From assembly GCA_036172245.1 (NCBI GenBank), contig JAYWIR010000033.1, forward strand, positions 1,550,001 to 1,614,000: a stretch of 64,000 nt of DNA, in the 5' to 3' direction. Below the pieces are notes generated by a model. The model was not told the DNA's origin. It searched no databases and worked only from the letters and a program-made list of their open reading frames with translations. Shown in pieces: positions 38,243 to 52,212 of this stretch. Numbering within the stretch: position 1 is the first letter of the stretch; each line of letters starts with the position of its first letter. Source of the DNA: Raillietiella orientalis (Eukaryota). The position numbers and the translations under genes were made by a program.

Positions 38243-39120
38243 TTTTTCACCCGGATATGCCGGGGCATTTATTATTAAAAGTTTATCAAAATAAAATTTT
38301 ATAGTAAAGTCTTTAGGTTCATTCAGGCAGAACACGTGTTTCCGCCTGTCTTGGAACACTTGTCTTTACCGGCCCTCGGACTGGCGAGGTCCTCTTCGCT
38401 GGCGAAGAGAGAGAGAAAACCACAAACAAAAAAACAAAAAAAATAAAAATACGAGGGAAGGGATCACAGATCGTAACGAGTGGTCCTCTGCACCCTGGTT
38501 TGGGTTGCGGACAAGTGCCAATCGTAGTGTTTGTAACCAATGCCATAGGGAAGCTTTCTCAATAGAGATTGCCGCCCAGTGAATGGCATTCCGGCTATTG
38601 CGGCCTCTGCTTGACGCAGTCCATTTGGCCAAGATTCCGCGTATGCAGCAGAGAACTGCTACACACGCGGCTGCTGGCAGAGCATCCCGCATCAGGAGGC
38701 GACGGAAAATGTCCTTTGGATCGGCCACCGGAATGTTCAGAATCGACGACAGTCGATTCCATGGTACGGAGGGCGACACACTCTGTGATGAGGTGGGGGA
38801 AGGTCGGTCTCCCGTTCCCCGCACCCTGCACAGTTGACATCCACACTCGTGGATACGTGCCGGAGCACAACAGTGCGAAACCCACAATCTGGCACAAAAT
38901 GTCAAAAGTAGGAACTGCGCCTGCAGTCAGATCTTGTGGACGATCAGAGATGTCCAAGCCGGCACCCTGGGACGGCGCCATTGAGTCTTTAGGTCGGATC
39001 CGGGACCTTGCAGCGCCTCACAGAGCTTTTCTCAGGAGACACTGCGCTCGGATCTCCACCAAATAAAATACACTGGATGGGAACCAGCTGCTGTCAACCT
39101 ATTCCGGTGAAGGACTCGAG
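38243..39120 (-). mobile_element. L1/Tx1-type LINE 3' end (may extend further toward 39600)
   Basis: VNCAGCG finger region, WNRLSSILNIP..KDIFRRLLMRDALPAAACVAVLCCIRGILAKW; T-rich 3'UTR; terminus AATAAATGCCCCGGCATATCCGGGTGAAAAA. Confidence 0.85.
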
Positions 39121-41619
39121 AATCCTATGCTCCAGAGGGGAACAAAAGTTTCTATTGAACATCGTTCCCTCCTAAGAGTACTCTACAGCGGAAGAAGATT
39201 AGAGGAGTCCCAGAAAAAAGAAAGGAAATAAACATTTCGACAGACTGATCCGCCCCTTCGGCTCTTAAAAGGCTGCCCACGATCGCAAGAGAAATCGCCG
39301 TAGCTTTTCCGGAAAGCTGGGATAAGGCCGATCGATTCGGAATTCTGAGAAACGCGAACTTTTCAGCAAAACGGCGAAAGACAGGAGGAAAGAGACTCCT
39401 TTGCTGCGTGTCCCAGCATCCAACACGCATCGGATGACCGCTTGCCGGTAACGGAAGAAACCCGACTTATCCCGCCGTCTCCATGAGAACTTGGTCGAGA
39501 AGACGAGACAGGCGGAAGAGGGGGTAGCAACTCTCCCTTTCATTTTGATGCATCCGGCAGCACAGAAGGCGGAGGAGCTGAGCTCCGATGCCGTAAGCAA
39601 CGTGTCGCCATGCCCGTGTTTTGCCCGGGAAAACTTATACGTTGGATGGATTATTGATTTACTTTAAAGTATTAGCATGAGATGTGCCGGCCAGCTCCAT
39701 GCTTCTTCCTTTGTTCACGCTCTTGGAAGTCACTAACAGTGACCGGGAGGCTTACCTTACGGTGGTGACTGCCTTCCGTACTGGACGACTGGACACACAC
39801 ACTCCATGCCGCGTAGCCTACACATCGACTTACGTGGGAGTGTTCCGGAGCGCCATTTTGTTCGCTAATGAGCGTCACATATTTGAAGAACTGTCCTTCG
39901 TGGAGCCTTGGGATATGCCGTGCTGCCCATCTTTTGTTAATGGTGAGACAGGCAACTCTTCATTCGGAGGTCCATTTCCCTGTCCGCTTGCTTACTCGCT
40001 GGCGATCCCTCGCCGTGAGCGAGCGTAACCTCGGAACGTCCCACCTCGGAATTCGATGCTGGGACGTTCGGTTCTTCGAGGACTCGCGGCGTGATCTTCG
40101 CCGAGCAGGCAGCACGCGGGCGCTTCCCGTGCAATCAGTGACCCGACGCCCTGCTGCACGAGGGAGAAAGGCTTCCCCGAACTCTGCTGGTTCCCGCACC
40201 CGCTCCCGGGCTCAGGCGGCCTTTGGAGAATCTGGGAATCCCTCTCGACCCTTGACATACACTGCGGACACGCAGGCTTAAGGAGTTCCCGTGCCTCAAA
40301 TAGGACCGAGGGAGGTTAGGACGGTTTGGGAATAGGATGGATGGTAAGCAACCCAATGAGTGAAAAGAGGGGAACAGATTCATGGCTGAGACGCTTCCTT
40401 GTTTTGGAAGTTGTTGTAGAAGGGTTCCACCTCTGGATTCAAAGTCGCTATTTTCCTTGCCGATTTAAAGATTCATTTCAATCCAGAATGTGATAGACTA
40501 CAGAGCAGCAGACTGCAGATGAAAAAGTCACCAAATTTGTTGTTTTGCTCCAGACTGGAACGGAAGCAGTTCGTAAATCACGATGTTACGATGGGGAGAA
40601 CCTTGTAGAAGCAACTGAACGATAATTTCGCAGTATGAAAGAATAGGAGGAAGACGAGTGTCATCACGAATGATTATTCGACTAACGCAGAATTCTCACC
40701 GATCCCTATCCTGTCAAAAGGAAGAATGTGTGGATGTATATGGGAAGCCAAGAAGAGCTCGATGCGTGTGAAAAGTGCCTCCCAATCTTCCTCAGGTTTT
40801 CTTAGAAAGGACGCATAATGATCCCCATCCATGGCGCGGTAACCAAGATATTTCTTTTCTGCATTAGGTCGACCGAAACATCATGTCGATGCATAAGATG
40901 GTGGGTAGCATTCGTGACTGGAGGCACAATGGCAGACGGCAGCTAACTGCCCTCGTGCAGACCTTGTTGAATAACCACACGCCAAAATTCATGGCCACTT
41001 TGATAAAAAAAAAGAGAGAGATGGAGGGAGAAACGTATCAAAAATGCATTGCGAAAGTTTCGAGGACTCTAGGGAGATTCGTGTGCAGGCGACTTATGCC
41101 GCTCAAGTAGAAAATTCCTTTTTGCTGAGAGCCTGCGTTCCCAGATATGGAACAAGGGAAAACCCAAGATTGCATCGTCTTTGGAAAGATCTAGGAAAAG
41201 CAAAGCACCCGAAGAAGCAGCATCCAATCATAAGATGGCTGAGTTGAATGCTGTCCAAATGTGATGATATAACTTTTATCCTCGTGATTTCTGACTTGGT
41301 TCCACTTGGAAAAATGAATAAATAATGTACTTTGATGAAATCCGTATTTTCCGGGAATCTCTTCCCGCTCTGGTAAGCATGAGCTTTCCGAAGCATGGAC
41401 ACCATAGTTTGGGTGTCAAGCCCGAAGAAGCAAATTCCACTTTTTTTAAAACCTCACCAGATCTCTTCAAAAAGAACGATGGTATTCTTTGAAGTGATAT
41501 GGTCACGTCACAACTTGAAATAGCTTTTCTTTTTGGCCAAGACAGGGCGCCTCGCTATTTCCGGAAAAGACATCCCGGATTCCTAAGGTGGATCCGTATG
41601 CTTTGGCGTTAATATCAAG

Positions 41620-41850
41620 TTCCACTTTGAAGATGCTCCATTGTCTGCAAAGTGCATCAGAGTAATCGTGCCGACCATCTTAATTAGGGATTCGATTTTT
41701 AAGCTGAAATCAAAGCAGGTAACCACTCTGGATGGTTCAGCAAATCTCCTTTTGGCTTCCACGGCAGAAGCAGGCACTCTGCACTTACTAGAAGGACATC
41801 GTTCAAAGAGAAGCCGGAAAGAGTGCCTTCGAGGCTCTAAACTCGAGGCT
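41620..41850 (-). pseudogene. Possible hAT C-terminal dimerisation domain remnant
   Basis: VPASAVEAKRRFAEPSRVVT resembles (I/V)PA(T/S)SVxxER.FS.AG..VT. Confidence 0.35.
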
Positions 41851-44800
41851 GCTTTACAAGGTTTCTCATACGCGGATGGGCAAGCAGACTCTGTTAGAAA
41901 AAACGTGACAGCTGAAAGCACCGTACTCCTGTATGTACCAAACCCTGAAGGAAACGTCTTCCTTTGGAGAAATACAAGGATTGTCATTTGGTACTGAAAC
42001 TTCGGAAGTAGATAAGATGCATGGTCCTGGACAGTCCATTCTCTGAAGGGAGGGGGAAAAAACGACAAACAAAACGCTTTTGGAAGGACAAAGGAAGAGA
42101 GCGACTTTTGCAGTTGTGGTAATCGCGAGTTATCCTCCCGGATAATCAGGATTTCAGCTTCTCGAAGAGTAGGAGTGTCTGAATATTGAAGAAGGAAGGA
42201 AGGGGGGGAAAAAAGCAGCCTCGCGTAGGCCGATCTGAGCTCACACGTGGTTGGAATCTTCGACGTCCGCTTTCGGTTGCTGCGCCGAATTCATTCCCAG
42301 GAGGCGCCCATGCTGTGGAGCACTCGAGGAACTTCACTCATTCCGAAGCGGCAGGCATTCTTCCGAGCACGCACGCCTCACGTCATGTGGCGCATCGCCT
42401 CCAGGCAATCTCGACGAAGAGATGTTTCAGCCACGTCGCCGTGGCATGCAACCAAACATTGCACGGGACAGTGCACGCAAGCTCCGTCCAAGGCGACGTC
42501 GCATTCTTTCACATCACACGTGGGATGTGTGCACCTGGATGCACAAGGAGTGACGTAAGCAGGTGGGCCACCCCGTCACTGAGAATCCGACGTAGCCCAC
42601 TAGCTTTTCTTTTTTTTGGAAAAAAAAAAAAAAAATCCAGATGCAATCCAAAGTTCCCTGGATGCAGCTAACGTGGACCAGTGCGTCCACAGTTAAGGTT
42701 ACGAGGTCCTCTCGCCAGGGTTTCGGACACCGCCGCTTCAGTGGTCATCTTCGCACGTGCATGTGCTGCTGCCTCATCCGTTACTTTTCGTGATCTTTTT
42801 CAGCTGCCGAAAAGCGCCCTAAGAAAATGGACAAGAGGATCGTTTCTTCGGGGCAAAGCACTACGAGTCCAAGAAGGAAGAGGCACGTGTTGTGGCAAAA
42901 ATTTGATGAGATGTGGATAAAGCAACCTGAGTCTACAAACATATATATGAAAGATTTCAAGAAAAGTATGTTCAAAGAAATACCCTTTTGAAGGAAAATA
43001 TCTTTATTGCCTTTAGAAATGCTTTAGTAGTGTACGCTACTAAAATAATATATAACAAGTACTTTTCATTGTACAATAAAGGCAATTTTGTCGGCGCGAG
43101 GCTGCCCTCGCGGATAATATTTAATTTCTTTTCTTTTTATTTTACTCTCCATGACTAGTCTGCGACTTTTCTAACTAGATTTAGATCTTCAGCAAATTCT
43201 ATTTTTTTTTTTTTATTGGAATATTTCCTCAACAAGCATAAAAACACTCATCTTTAAACTCTCTCAATGCCTATTCCTGTTATGCTGAACCAATTACATG
43301 AATTGCATACGTGCGCCCATTTCAAGAAACGAATCATCGGTAACTGTACATTACAAACCTACCTGTACATTAAAAAACCTGTGGAGTACGATAGTGCAAT
43401 TCACTTTCGACGTTGCCCATTCAAGTTCCAGGAGTTTACAAGGATGTCGTCCTTTGAGAAGTTGGGAAAGAAAGGTACGAAGAAGCAGAACACTTGTAGA
43501 AGAGCAAAAGAAAAAAAAAGAAATGCTGGAAGAGAGTCAGTTGCTCTGAATTCCGATCGGTGTGAGATGAAGATTTTAGAAGCAAATTTCGAAAAAGACG
43601 TCTAGAGGAGGGCAGATTTTGAAACTGACAACTATCCTCTTACCTCATCTGTTCACAAAGAGACCACTGTTACCTCGAAGACCAAAATGGAAAATTCATG
43701 CTAAGCACTGATTTGCACTAAATTACCTATTCCTCAATCCAATCTAGTACCGTACCTTCTATTCTGACAGTCATTTGTAGGCGAATGCCATAGTGTGTCC
43801 AGAGATACCCACAGGGGAAAACAGCAATCAGCTTCTCCTTCCTTCGAAAAGCTCGAAAGATTTGAAGGGAGAATGCAAATTACTTCCGACTTCACCTCCA
43901 GCATTTCGCATGCAGGCAAAAGATATCAAAGAGAATGAAACTGGATCTTCATTCCATATACAATGTTTTTTTTTTTGGACTGGACAAAAGACTTGCATAC
44001 AAAAGGTACAAAAGCATACCTTCACAGGCTTTCTTAGACAGATGTTCTGTATGCATGAATCATCCAAGTGTTAGGAAATCCGGAAAAGTCACCTTCATGG
44101 CACTGACGGCCTGCATGCACAAATGCTTCAAGTGGCAGAGACCACATGAGCAAAACCACGAAAATCATGAGAAGCATTCATTCACAGATTTCCCAGCCAA
44201 GCAGCTTAAAATGTCTGGAATGGTATCCTTCATGTGTAAATCCATATCATTACGAATTTTCCAAATACGAAAGATCTGCTGTATTTCTGGCAGGCCCACA
44301 ATGCTTAATTCACTGCAACCAGAACCCGAAGGCTGCCGACCAGGTGCAAAAGAAACCCATGAATTCCTTCCTTAATTGCTTGCACGTTTTCCTTGAATAC
44401 GTTGAGCAAAGACCACAGACTTTATGATAACACAAGACATTTTCCAAGACAATTAGGGAGCAAACATAATCACAGCTTTATGATAATCGACACACACATG
44501 GAGATTAATTTGATGGCAACAGTTTTTGCCGACTTGCATATAACAACCCTTAATTCAATTTATTCAAATACCAGAACCAAATGATTTGGTAAACATTGAG
44601 ACACGTTTTCAAACTTTGAAGCACTGTACACACAGGCACAACATTTGACCTTTTGACCACTGAAAGCCTAATAATAAACACGAACAGGTGCTAAAGTTGG
44701 GCAACAAAGTCAAACATGAAGTGAATTCCATTCAGATTATTCAAGTGAAACACGCTCTCTTTAGAAATCTTTAAAAGTCTGGTTCATCAAAATGAGCATG

Positions 44801-45348
44801 GTGAAAACACTACACAACAAACTGCAATCAATTCTTCAGTTGATGCTATTAGTTTGTTAGGAACACTATTATCATCACGCCTTGCATAAACTAAATCCTG
44901 TATCATGCATATCAAATTCATCTAATTGCCTGTATAGCATGATAACAATTATTCTGGGATTAGTCAAGGGAAATAATTTACCCTGACAAATTGAATAATT
45001 CCATTTTTTTTCCTGCTATGATGGCTTACTGTAAAACACATCCAGGATAAAAGTTTATTCCATTCATTATGATTCAGTTCATTATGATTCAGTTTGAGTG
45101 ATGCAAGTAGAGTTCATAAGCTTTATAGATTACTCTTCAGTCATTATTTCCTCACTTCTTGCATCCATAATTAACCATGACATGAAGTTGGGAAGACAAA
45201 ACTCACAACAGCATGAAATATTTCCTCTTATAATTGAATATCCACTAAACTATACATTTTTTCGTATGCAAAATTTAACAAATGTATTTAAATTTGGAGA
45301 CAAAATTACAGCACATATTGTGGTAATTAATTTAACTGTGCAGAATAT

Positions 45349-46723
45349 TCAAAAAAATTTGTTCACTTGAGGTTCCAATTCACTCTTGAACACAATGTAT
45401 GGAATACCCCACTCCCATGAGTCAACTGGCCAGTAGGCCATCACAGGATTACGATATGCTACTCGTTGATGAGCATCAAAGTAGGCAAACAGGACACAAA
45501 CAGTATAACTAGCAATAAAAATACACACATGCCAAATTCCATGTAGGTATGGAAATCGCACTGCTGTCCACAAATCACAGAACATTCTGTCAGATATCCA
45601 ACAAAATATTGAGAGGATCCAAACAAGAGAACAGCGTGTGCCCAACTGCCTGACTCTTCTGTTTTTACATCTACCAAAATAAAATGCAACACTTACAGAA
45701 ATTACAGCTTAATCCCACTGACCTTTTCAGTTCCTTGACTAGCATCAGGAAAACCGGAAACCCAAATCCCATCAAAAAAAATGCATTAAATGATGGTTTT
45801 ATACAAATCATTAAAGATATCACAATTGTTAGCACACAAATGATACACCGGAAATGTTGCCTAAAATACTGGTAGATACGACATAAGAACCATAACAAAT
45901 ATACCTGTTGTACTGCAAAAATGCTGGCAACAAGTATTCGGGAAACCATAATCCAAATCCTGCCATGAGTGCCCATAAAATGGCAAGTTCATCTAGTAAC
46001 TGTCCCACAAGACTTAGGGTTGCATGAAAATAAATGGAAGATAAGCCTATAGGTTAAAAAATGTGCATAAAATACTCTAAAAAGGTTACATATACTTATC
46101 ATACCTATAACAAAAAGCAACAGCCAGATTATTTGAATACCAGGATTGAATGACTGTGCATATGGTTTAAACAGAAATGATAACAATGGGGGAAAAATAA
46201 GAAAGGCAACACTACTTATCTGAAATTACAGTGATTAATTATATGTTACATAACATTCAATAGAAAAAACAAAACAAAACAAAACAATAACCTAGAAACA
46301 TGATTTTTAAAAATTTTTGTTTGCATGACGAATTATTTGCCAACATACAAAAGTGCAAATAAACCTAAACGTTTGTTTAGTTTTGTTTGTACAACAGACT
46401 GGGATATGAATTGCTGATGGCAAATTAATCAAATGGTAAGAATACACTTGAACAACAAGTATTTAAAAAAAACAAAAATAATCATGCACTTTTAATGAAA
46501 CCTGTACGTGGTTTTTTACTGCTATCCCAAACCCACAATCATTATAAAAGGATATGGCTTAGAACGTGAAGGAATTTCGTTTGAACAAAACTGCATAGAC
46601 AAAGCTCCCTAAATCTGAAATTGAACTCACGGTGTTGACAAATTCTGCAATCAGTGGTGTGAACAAGTAGTTCTCTTCACACCAATCCACTTCCGAGGTG
46701 CCTCTTGTCAATGGAGACCACAT
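45349..46723 (-). CDS. ACER: Alkaline ceramidase (ACER family, CREST superfamily); exons 46723-46631, 46219-46105, 46046-45905, 45860-45723, 45670-45349
   Basis: SEVDWCEENY..TPLIAEFVNT, SIYFHATLSLVGQLLDELAILW, CWISDRMFC, FPYLHGIWH; all introns GT-AG and frame-consistent. Confidence 0.96.
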
Positions 46724-48465
46724 AATGTCAAATGCAGTGAACTCAACATATTAACTACACCCAGCAATTCCTGACGAACACACACTGCACAGACAAAACT
46801 TCAAAACACCACTTTTCTAAACAATTCCCATGTAATGGATTGTGGCCTGTGTTGGTGCGAGGAGAAACTTTCCGGCTTGAAACCTGAAAGTTAAGCCAAG
46901 CGAAAAGATTACAATTCGTGATTATGAAACTGAAATAATGATGGCACAGCTTGGCACATATCGCGTTTGTTTAGAATTCACCTCCATAATGCAAACTTTT
47001 TTGCAGGGTTTGGGGCAAGCTGCATTTTGCCACAAATCCTCCCAAAACAAACTGCTTCGTGATGTGCTTGCAGATATTTCACAAGTAAACCACCCCGGAC
47101 GACAGCAAAACGCAGGCTCAAATCTGGTCAAAAAATTTGAAGACTCCTACCTTTCGGGGTCAGCCAAGGCTTCAAACTCGAGGAATGCCAAGTTCCTCTG
47201 ACAAACTGCTAATGATTGAGGGAAACTGTGTCAGGCCCCTCGCTGCAATCCACTTGATAAATTCCCACTGCTCGGCATGGAGATAACGACCTCAATGTTG
47301 ATACAGTAAGTTGCTGAGATAAACTTGCTGAAGGGCACAAAGAGCAGAAGTCTTCAAAAGCATTTTTGTACAATTGCGCGCCCCCCAAAAGGAGTGTATG
47401 TTACTTTGCTTACGTACCCAAAGAAATTACAAGGGCATATATACCTTTTCCTATGAGATGACCTCCCTACGGATGTGTAAAATCTTATGTTTTCCTCAGC
47501 TTTGCCGGTTGTACAGAATTGGGTTGTACGAACGTGCTTGGGGAAGGTTTTGCTTGGCATAGCCCCCGAAGGTAAAACTCATGTTGAGCATGGGGGCTGA
47601 GGGCAGCTGCCCAAAGGAGTGTGAGCATACTTTGGATTTATTCAAAGGAATACTACATCGAATTTCTGGAATTCATCGGACTTCAAGTTAAAGAAATTAG
47701 TCTTGGCAAGACATGTAATCCAAAGAGATCCCGTCGATCCCAGTCCCCCATGGATAATGCCAACAATGATTCTCATTTTCCCAATTTCCCATGTAATCCT
47801 CATTTTCCCCGCAAATGAGGATTAAATGCTAATAATTGGAACACTGTTTGTCAGCTTCTTATTTTTGATCCCTACATTTGCTTTTGTAGCAGAGGATAAA
47901 AGTGTCTGATTTTTATCAACAAAATATTCGTTTATGTTAAATTAAACCCTGTCAAAGTTCATTCCTTCCATAATTTTCTGAAATTACAAATTATTATATA
48001 AAAAAAATGTATCGATTATGTTTGCGTAAAATAGCTACACGTATTTTCGAAAACGTTATTTGCTCATCCTCCTTCATCGTTATTTTTATTGTGAAATTCA
48101 TGATTAGTCCGTTCAAAAATGAATCCTTAATTAAAGTTCTAAAGTGCTTAAAGAATTTTCTATTATTGTCATCATATAACAAAATAAAACACAAAACACT
48201 TCAAATAAAAAACTCGAAGACACGAATGCAAATGGAATACTAATCCACAGTTGACAGCACATTTATGAGTGTGCACCAAAAATTACTGCCCTTAATTTCT
48301 GGGTTAGGAATGAGACTCAATGAAGTTATATTTGTGAATAAATATCGATCATTTAATTCGTTGGTATTTGGTATCGTTTTTCTGCATCTGGTAATGCTTG
48401 TCTGGCGTGCGTTCCTGAATGGGGAAGCGGCATCGATGTGCATGCGATTCCTTGCTGTTTTAGTT

Positions 48466-49818
48466 ATGGAAAGCATTTCCAGCGTCAAGCAGTCAGATAC
48501 CCCATCTGTAAATATTGATTTATCTTCCTTAAATTGTGTTGAAAAATACAATATTTTAAAAAACAGCACTTCCCATAAGTACGTATTTTTGGAAGGCATT
48601 TTTAAGCAACATGGTGGTAAAGCAGTAATCGGCCTTGAAAAGTTGCCGTTTTCCACCGAGGATCTAGATGAATTCTTTCAGGAAGATACACGACTTGAAA
48701 AACAACTTCATAATGACATATATGGTGCTTACACTGCAAAAAGCAGTGGTGGAGTAGGTAATCGGATTTATTTGGCGTTTTGTTGTAAATCAATCTTCAG
48801 ATACGAGGGTCAAAATTTTTTTCCCTTTCTTTCATTGTTAAGTATCTGGCTGAACAGTATTGTTTGAGAAGCTTTTTAATGACTTTAAGTAAGTCGTCAT
48901 TTTTTTCAGGAAAAATAAGAGTTTCGGTGATACATCCTGCAACAGAAAAACATATTTTAAAATACTCTGATCAAGAAGTGTATATTATAGAAGAAACTCC
49001 AGGAATATACAAAAACACTGTTGTACCTTATTTAGAAAAAAACTGTTTTCAGACAGAGGTACATTATTTTGGCTTTACTTAGGTGTACCACTTTCAGCAT
49101 CATAAAGTGAATTCTTGCCTATTTTGTTTCCACTCTTGTTTATTTCGTAGTGGGTGTATAATATCATAGAGAAAAGATCTGAAGCGGAAAGAATTATATA
49201 CGAAGACCCTGATAAGGAACTGGGATTCCTGTTGATACCTGATATGAAATGGACTGCCTGTGAACTAAATGATTTGCATGTTATTGCTTTAATACAAAGA
49301 AGGGATATTAGATCTCTACGTGATCTAACTGCAAGAGATATACCTTTGTTGGAAAATGTGTTCCAAAAAGGCTTGGTATGAACCAAAAGTCCCATAATGA
49401 TGCATAAGTTTAGGATTATTAGAAAATTTTAGAGGATGTGTATCATATACCAGGGAGTCAGTTGAGGGTGTTTTTGCATTACCCTCCATCCTACTATCAT
49501 CTCCATGTTCATTTTACCAATTTAAAGCATGAGGCCCCAGGTAACTGGGTTCTTTGTTTTTTTCAAATTCTGTGTTGTAGGATCTCTGTGTGAGAGAGGA
49601 CACATGTTAAGCACCATAATTAGTAACCTCAGGATGAAAAATGATTACTATCAGCAAGTGACTTTGCCATTAACATTCAAAAAGTCTGATCCCTTGTTTG
49701 ATCTTGTTATGAAAACAGGTAACTTTTGTCCACATAATTTTCATTGCAGTAACCTAAGCATTTAGGCATTTTAGCTGACTTGCATACATAAGTTTCTTTT
49801 CCCTCTTCTCCAGGATGA
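48466..49818 (+). CDS. DCPS: m7GpppX diphosphatase, scavenger decapping enzyme; exons approx. 48466-48757, 48910-49058, 49151-49375, 49423-49540, 49581-49718, 49814-49818
   Basis: [54 protein letters not shown] motif [23 protein letters not shown]....DYYQ. Confidence 0.96.
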
Positions 49819-50899
49819 AAGATGTGTGTCAGTTCAAAATATGTGATAAACAGCATTGCTATTGGAAGAAGATCGAATCAACAATAAAATAATGCAATGC
49901 TACAGAAAGTATTGTGATCATATTTTCTTTGTAAAAGTGACAAGTGCAACTGTGAAGAAATATTGTATGTAATTGCGAATTTGATAAGTCCTGATCAAAC
50001 TGTTATAAAAATAAAGTTTACATCATGCTTAATTTCGTTACAGGTAGCTTGATCAGCTATTTTCCGTTATAAACTCAGCTTTTTCAGGAGCTGATGCTGA
50101 ATAGAGAAGTTTGGAGTCAAGATAAAAAGGAATAATTGCCTTCATGAACAAAAGTTTCAAGAAAAGTGACATTAAAATATGCTAATCATTATTAAAAAAT
50201 GCTTGAAACCTTATTCAAGTTTATGTGTAAATATTATTCAGTTGCTTTGGGGGTATTATTGTGAAATCATTGATGAGGATAAACAGTGTCAATGTTCCAA
50301 TGGTCAGAAGCTACTTAAAGGTAGTAACCAGCAAAATCACAAGTCATGAATGAATGAATAAGTGAAGCCTGAGAAGACTGTAAGGCACTTTTTTTCCTTT
50401 TTTTTTCTTCAATTTGCTGGTTCCCAGGATCTAGTTTCCTGATTGCAAATTTATGCACATCTTACAGGCGATTAAAAAAATGATCAGTCATTAAACACTA
50501 ATTTGCTATCGTGAAATTCTGGTCTCAAATAAGGGTGAGACTTGTAATCGTGAATTTACGAAGAACACAGAATGTACATGCAATGCTTTCATCATCAAAT
50601 AAATGAAGTTTTGAAAAACCATGGAATCGGTTCTGATTCATTTGCTTGTTCATGTTTTGAAAACGTATTCTTTGAGGGTCTGTTAAGTTTGATTATCAAG
50701 GAATTGTTTCCGTATATTTTGAGATTTAATTGTGGTAGCAGCAGTTCTTTCTGCCTGGCATGCACGAAGCAAAGGGCATGGAAGTAGAACTTGAAGACTT
50801 GTTTGAGATCTTGTTTTGTTCCTATTTTTGGTATATGTGGACGCTTCGGCTGTACATATGCCGAAAGTAGGAACGAAATAAGATGGTAACTTATGTAGC

Positions 50900-52212
50900 C
50901 CACGGCTACAAACTTCCCTTTTTCTACAAGTCGACAGGAATGACGGCATTCTCGAAGAATGACGATACAGATGACTCGCGAACGCTTGCGTTTCGATGTT
51001 AAAAGGAAGGACTTTATGGTTCTCAAGCTCATGCATGCAAACGGTCTGCCTTGCATGGATGCTGTCCTCACATAGCATCCAATGAGGGCTCCTCTGGCAA
51101 TCGGAGACACCATGAGCCTACCAGTGACGGAGGACCGCTCCGTAGCGAGCGAAATATGCTCTCAGAGAACGAGTATTTCGAGGAGCTCACTCGATTCGCC
51201 ACTGTCCACTCTTTGTAGAGAAAAGCCAACCCCGTACGGGGTTTCCAGGCAGCCCATAACGGACTGATCGCGGACTGGGTGCCGGTTGCAGATAGGATGA
51301 TAGCCTCCCACACCACACACATCGACGGTTGTCATCTAGAGAAACCGCAGCTTTGTGGTAATTGTGGCGGCGCCCCGGAGCATCTGAGCAAACGACGTCT
51401 CCAAATAAAGTGCGTACGCCACCTCCGAATGGGCTACACCAACACTGTTTGTCCCTTGCAAGCCACGCGGGAAGTGGAGTCCCGATTACGGGAAAAGGCA
51501 GTCCGCCAGTTGTAAGACGCGCGATGCGCGACCTTCCGCTAAGTGGATGGTCTCTATTCCCTTCATAGTAGTGAAGGTCAGTAGGGCTGGATGATCGTGT
51601 CGCGCGTGTGGAAGCGCAGGAAGGAGCTAACCGTCCCCTCCTGAGCCGACAAGGTGACACACCTCGGCCGACATGATCCCGAAAACTAGGACCTTCAATT
51701 TAAGCCAGGGTCATTTCGCTGCCCCTACGCTAATGGACTGCATTTCGCCTTCTGTGTAAGACGGGATCCAGAAGCACTTTCAGTCGCCTATCTGTAGCCT
51801 GTTGACACGTCATCGGGTTGTGGAATGGCAAGAGGTGGTGCATAGCAGCTTCCCTGAGGTATTTAGATCTGGCACTTCTCGACTTCCAGACTGTGTCCTC
51901 CGACCCCTTTGGGATCGTCTGGCGAAGACCCTTGAAATCCCGGGGGGTGGCCTCGGGGACATTTTGAAACGCTTCTTTGTGCGTGCCTCCACCCCGGGCC
52001 CCCTCGTTCCAGGGATGACGGCGGCCTGGAAAGGAGGAAGAAGAGGCCAGGATGGAAGGGATGCCGTCCACTGGTCACGAATCTTTTTGAGGAAACCAAG
52101 TGATGAGATTTCTCGGAAGAAGGCGGCTCCATCACTCTCGTGGCATGACTTCTGTGCCATTGTGATGCCAGATGTACTCAAAAGGTCGTCTTCCTCTTGC
52201 ATCCGCGCCTAG
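50900..52212 (+). mobile_element. Decayed, internally deleted L1/Tx1-type LINE
   Basis: LPDCVLRPLWDRLAKTLEIPGGGLGDILKRFFVRA...WKGGRRG..GRDAVHW (51880-52080) is homologous to the other LINE C-termini; the upstream part is only weakly recognisable. Confidence 0.6.

Noticed and set aside
45063..45092. 15-bp tandem duplication TTCATTATGATTCAG x2
   Set aside because: Two units and no spacers; simple slippage, not a CRISPR or satellite array.
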